Shown: positions 31,589 to 35,600 of the stretch, one piece after another | Numbering within the stretch: position 1 is the stretch's first letter | How the letters are laid out: each line of letters opens with the position of its first letter | DNA from: an archaeon | GTDB lineage: Archaea; B1Sed10-29; JAJRYS01 | Assembly (NCBI GenBank): GCA_024275665.1 | Contig: JAJRYS010000012.1 | Span: 1-35,600, forward strand | Reading direction: 5' to 3' | DNA: 35,600 nucleotides | The notes under the pieces: model-generated | Told to the model about the DNA's origin: nothing | Databases searched by the model: none | What the model saw: only the letters and a program-made list of their open reading frames with translations | Position numbers and translations under genes: made by a program

Positions 31589-34500
31589 GTGACTTTCATT
31601 GAGAAAATGAAGATGAAGAATTTTAAATCTTTCACTAATACTGTTATTCCTTTCACTCCTGGTTATGTTGTAATAATAGGCCCTAATGGTAGTGGAAAGT
31701 CAAACATTCTTGATGCTTTGTGTTTTGCTATTGGCGCTTCTTCCATGAAACACTTAAGAGCAGAGAGGCTCACTGACTTGGTTAATCACAAGTCGAAAGA
31801 CAAGACTGCTCTGGTAGAAGTTGAAATCCGTGACAGAGGAGGAGAGCTTCACACTATTTCAAGGGCTATTGATTCTAAGGGAGTAAGTGTGTTCAGGTTG
31901 AATGGGAAGAGGACTACTAAGTTCCAGATCGAGGAACTTTTGCGTGCGATGAACGTGCATGCTGACGGCCATAACATTATCCTGCAGGGTGACGTGACGA
32001 GAGTAGTACGCATGACCCCAATGCAGAGAAGGCAGTTCCTTGATGAGATTTCAGGCATTGCTGAATACGAAGAGAAGAAACAAGAAGCAGGAAGAGAACT
32101 TGAGAAAGTAGAGCAGAAAATAAGAGACTCTTCACTCATCCTTTCAGAACGCGAAGGATACCTGCGCACTCTGGAAAAAGAAAAAGTGGAAGCAGAAGTC
32201 TACTTGAAACTGAAGAAAGAGGAAAAGCAGTTGCAAGCGTCACTGGTTAAGAAGGATTTGTCTTCTGTGGAAACTACTTTTTCCAACTTGTTGAAGTTCA
32301 TTGCTTCTGCCAAAGAGGATTTGGAGGAGTTCCAAAAAGAGAAGCAGAAACTGGATGAGGGCATTGAATTAGCAAACAAGGAAATCGATGCTCTTACTGA
32401 GGAGATTTTCAAGGAGAGTGATAAGAGGCAAGCAGCAGCGCGCAAAGAAGTGGAAGAGGTTAAAGCACGCCTCATGATCGCGGAGGAGAAGACTAAGGAC
32501 TTGCTTGCGAAGAAGGAAGAGCTTAAGAAAGCAAGAGAAGAGCTGAAGGAAAAACTCTTGGAAGTAAACAAGCAAGTCAAGGAGAAAGAGAAAGAACTCA
32601 GAGCACTGGGAAGAGAAGAAGACTCGTTGTTGAAAGAACTGCACGAAGTACAGAGAGAGCTTGAGGCTCTTACGAAGAAAGCAGGAGTGACTACTGGTTT
32701 TGACGAAGTGTTCAAAAAAATTGACGAGCTTGATGAGAAGATTAACAAGCAAAGGCAAGAACTCAGTAGAGTGGAGGCAGAGGTGGCCTCACAATCAGAA
32801 GTGCTGAAGATAAAGAAAGCAGCACTAGAAGAATCTAAGAAGAAAATAGAAGCGTTCAAAGAGAAGGGAAAAGAGTTTGAGGATAGAATAAACAAACTGG
32901 AGAAGGAGAAAAAACAAGCAGAAGAAGAGTTAAAAAAATTGGTAAAGGAAAAGGAAAAATTGTTTGAGAATGAGAAGCATGACAACGAATCACTGCGTAA
33001 GATAGAAGAAAAACTAACTGTTAAAAAGAAAGAACTCGCAAGGATAAATGCAAAAATAAGCGCTGCTAAGAGTATAGTAGAGTTGAAAGACGCTGCGAAA
33101 GCAGTGCTGGAGGCCAAGCTCCCAGGAATCATTGGAGCAGTGCGTGACTTGTGCTCTTACTCACAGAAACACGCAGCAGCTTTGGAGACAGCAGCAGGTC
33201 CGCGTTTGTTTTACATAGTTACTGAAACTGCTACTGCTGCTACTAACGCCGTAAAGTTCTTGAAGAAAAACAAGCTTGGGCGCGTTAGTTTCATTCCCCT
33301 TGATAGGATAAAGCCAACCAAGCCAAGCAAGGAAGTAAGAGAACTTGCTAAGAAAGAAGGAGTCATAGGATTCGCTGTTGATTTAGTGAAGTTTGACAAG
33401 AAACACGCTCTTGCTATTGAATTCGTGTTCGGAGACACTCTCATAGTCAAAGACATTGACGTTGTGAAAGAAATAGGCGTTCGGAAAGCACGCATGGTAA
33501 CGCTTGATGCTGACGTCGCAGAGTACTCTGGACTCGTGACTGGTGGTTTTTTCAAACACGCTGTAAGACAATCTGACTTAAAAGAACTGGAAAAACTCGA
33601 AGAAGAAGTAGAATCATTAGAAGAAGATAAGAAAGCAATAATCGCGAACCTGCATTCACTACGTGAGAAAATCAACGCTGTTGGTGATGAGAAGTCAAGA
33701 GCAGAAGTAAGACTCAAAGAAGCAGAAGTGCTGCTTAGGGAGATGAAAGAACGCATGAAGGAAAGCGAGCAGCCAGAATCACTGGAAAAACTTGAAAAAG
33801 AAGTAAACGAAGCAGAACTCGCTATAAAGAAATTGCTGATAAGAAAGAAAGAAGCCGAGGAAAAACTCAACAAGTTATTAGAAGAAAGAGTGAGGCTGAA
33901 GCAAGAAATCAACGTTCCTGACGTTGAAAAATTCTCAGAAGAACTTAAGAAAACAGAGTCAAAAGTAAACGAATTCAAGGAAAAACTCAACGAGTTGAAA
34001 GTAAGAAAAGCAAGCGCGAAATCAGAAATAGATAAAATATTCTTGGAAAGAATCAAAATGCTTGAAAAACAAGCAGACGACATTGACAAGGAAATAGGAA
34101 CGGCTGAAAACGAGTTAAGAAAGCTTGAAAAGCAAGGAGCAGAACTCGAAGTAGTTTTGAAAGAAAAAGAGAACAAAGTAAGAGAGTTAGCGTCGAGCAT
34201 GACCGAGTTGTTCAAGAAGAAAGAAGAGTTAGAGAAGAAGAGGAACAACTTAATGCAGGAAATAGGAACACTGAACAGGAAGATAGAAGAAGTAAGAGAA
34301 AAAATGAACGAAAAACAAGTGGAAAAAGCGAAAATAGAAGAAAAATACGCTGAGCTAAAAAAGCAATGGGAGAAATACAAAGAAATAGAAGTGCTGAGCT
34401 TGTCACGCGCCAAGCTTGAAGAAAAACTCGAGCAAGTTCAAAAACAACTTGAAAACATTGGAACAGTCAATCTGAAAGCAGTTGAAATGTATGAAGAGTA

Positions 34501-35071
34501 CGCGAAAGAGATAGAAGACATTAAGAAAAGAAAACAAAAACTCATGGAAGAAAAGCAGTCAATCCTTGACATGATAGAAGAGATAGACAAGAGAAAAATA
34601 GAAGCGTTCGCGGAAACCTTCCACGCGATTAACAAGAACTTTGACAAGTACTTTAAAGAGTTATACCCGGAACCAGGGTCAGAAGCGCATATTGCTCTTG
34701 AAAAGCCAGACGAGCCGATGTCAGGAGGATTGCTGATAAAAGCAAAGCCAAGAGGGAAGCAACTCAAATCAATAGACGCGCTAAGTGGTGGAGAGAAAAC
34801 GCTAACAGCAATAGCATTCCTATTCGCAGTGCAAGCGTACAACCCTTCACCATTCTACGTGCTTGACGAAATAGACGCAGCACTAGATGCTGAAAATGCT
34901 GAAAGAGTAGCCAACATGATAAAAAAATTCTCCAAAGACACACAATTAATTCTGATTACCCACAACCCAGTAGTCACGAGAAAAGCAGACCAAGTAATAG
35001 GAGTGCACATGAACAAAGAAGGGTCAAGCGTCATAGAGCTAAACTTGAAAAAGTATCAAGCACTCAACTAA
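31589..35071 (+). CDS. smc: Chromosome segregation protein SMC
   Basis: NFKSF, GPNGSGKSN, Q-loop LQGD, hinge GRVSFIPLD, LSGGEK, LDEIDAALD; GTG start behind AGGTGG. Confidence 0.97.
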   Translation: MTFIEKMKMKNFKSFTNTVIPFTPGYVVIIGPNGSGKSNILDALCFAIGASSMKHLRAERLTDLVNHKSKDKTALVEVEIRDRGGELHTISRAIDSKGVSVFRLNGKRTTKFQIEELLRAMNVHADGHNIILQGDVTRVVRMTPMQRRQFLDEISGIAEYEEKKQEAGRELEKVEQKIRDSSLILSEREGYLRTLEKEKVEAEVYLKLKKEEKQLQASLVKKDLSSVETTFSNLLKFIASAKEDLEEFQKEKQKLDEGIELANKEIDALTEEIFKESDKRQAAARKEVEEVKARLMIAEEKTKDLLAKKEELKKAREELKEKLLEVNKQVKEKEKELRALGREEDSLLKELHEVQRELEALTKKAGVTTGFDEVFKKIDELDEKINKQRQELSRVEAEVASQSEVLKIKKAALEESKKKIEAFKEKGKEFEDRINKLEKEKKQAEEELKKLVKEKEKLFENEKHDNESLRKIEEKLTVKKKELARINAKISAAKSIVELKDAAKAVLEAKLPGIIGAVRDLCSYSQKHAAALETAAGPRLFYIVTETATAATNAVKFLKKNKLGRVSFIPLDRIKPTKPSKEVRELAKKEGVIGFAVDLVKFDKKHALAIEFVFGDTLIVKDIDVVKEIGVRKARMVTLDADVAEYSGLVTGGFFKHAVRQSDLKELEKLEEEVESLEEDKKAIIANLHSLREKINAVGDEKSRAEVRLKEAEVLLREMKERMKESEQPESLEKLEKEVNEAELAIKKLLIRKKEAEEKLNKLLEERVRLKQEINVPDVEKFSEELKKTESKVNEFKEKLNELKVRKASAKSEIDKIFLERIKMLEKQADDIDKEIGTAENELRKLEKQGAELEVVLKEKENKVRELASSMTELFKKKEELEKKRNNLMQEIGTLNRKIEEVREKMNEKQVEKAKIEEKYAELKKQWEKYKEIEVLSLSRAKLEEKLEQVQKQLENIGTVNLKAVEMYEEYAKEIEDIKKRKQKLMEEKQSILDMIEEIDKRKIEAFAETFHAINKNFDKYFKELYPEPGSEAHIALEKPDEPMSGGLLIKAKPRGKQLKSIDALSGGEKTLTAIAFLFAVQAYNPSPFYVLDEIDAALDAENAERVANMIKKFSKDTQLILITHNPVVTRKADQVIGVHMNKEGSSVIELNLKKYQALN

Positions 35072-35077
35072 TCCTCC

Positions 35078-35497
35078 TCACTGGAACAACTGCATTGTCT
35101 GGTAAAAATTAATCCTGAAAACAAGCATAATGAAAGTGATGGAAATAATCCACAATAATCCTGTGATAGCACGCTGCTTAGCGAACTCCAAGTTGTTCTT
35201 CTTATCCAAATCATTAACCACGTGACCATAATAACCTACGAAGAAAGCGCTCACGTAATACGCTGGAATCAAAAGCATGAGCAGGAAAGGAATCAAAAAC
35301 AAGTCAACCCACCACGTCTTCTTCGAAAAACGAGTCTTAAAATCCCTGTCAATGTTAGGCAACAACACGCCGACAAAAGCAATGCTTACAATGCTCCAGA
35401 AAGCCTGCGAATACATGTTGCCGTTCACTAACACTGCGTACGTGAAGCCGAACAACGTTCCGAAAAACAAACTCCTCAAGTGCCTTTTGAGTTTCAT
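35078..35497 (-). CDS. Membrane protein, YdjM-like metal-dependent hydrolase-like
   Basis: N-terminal His, LLPNID, GYYGHVVND, 4-5 TM segments. Confidence 0.6.
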   Translation of the reverse strand: MKLKRHLRSLFFGTLFGFTYAVLVNGNMYSQAFWSIVSIAFVGVLLPNIDRDFKTRFSKKTWWVDLFLIPFLLMLLIPAYYVSAFFVGYYGHVVNDLDKKNNLEFAKQRAITGLLWIISITFIMLVFRINFYQTMQLFQ

Positions 35498-35504
35498 GAT
35501 TACT

Positions 35505-35600
35505 TCACTTCGCTTTCTTTTTCTTCTTCGCCTGCATGACTACCCCGAACGGCTGTTCAGGAGTGATGCCGAGTTCTGGATCCATGTAACTCATCTTGCC
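35505..35600 (-). CDS. 3' end of a CDS entering from the right edge
   Basis: ...GKMSYMDPELGITPEQPFGVVMQAKKKKKAK* ending 7 nt before the next start. Confidence 0.5.
   Translation of the reverse strand, partial: GKMSYMDPELGITPEQPFGVVMQAKKKKKAK

Noticed and set aside
31849-34842. Long antisense ORFs (up to 400 aa) inside smc, and similar shadows in other genes
   Set aside because: Ser/Phe/Leu-rich mirror translations of Lys/Glu-rich sense codons

Overview
Gene-dense chromosomal segment of an archaeon, most likely DPANN (Micrarchaeota-like; lineage is inferred). Housekeeping genes: trpS, Sec61beta, glmS, ATP-dependent DNA ligase, Alba, trmJ, fen1, smc, and an AsnB-like/diphthine-ammonia ligase fusion. 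There are also two PKD-repeat surface proteins, a three-paralog cluster of membrane-anchored GATase1-like-fold proteins and four toxin-antitoxin-like pairs. The strongest signal is absent from the ORF track: four minus-strand tRNA genes, three of them multiply interrupted by bulge-helix-bulge (BHB) introns. tRNA-Val(GAC) has 2 introns (37/38, 59/60). tRNA-Thr(CGT) has 2 (15/16, and a 153-nt multi-hairpin intron at 37/38). tRNA-Ser(GCT) has 3 (15/16, 30/31, 59/60) plus an upstream variant copy of its leader and first exon. Two short genes missing from the ORF track (Sec61beta, a CxxC-x17-CxxC zinc finger) were read by hand. No CRISPR, transposase, integrase or rRNA was seen. All folding and family calls were made by eye.
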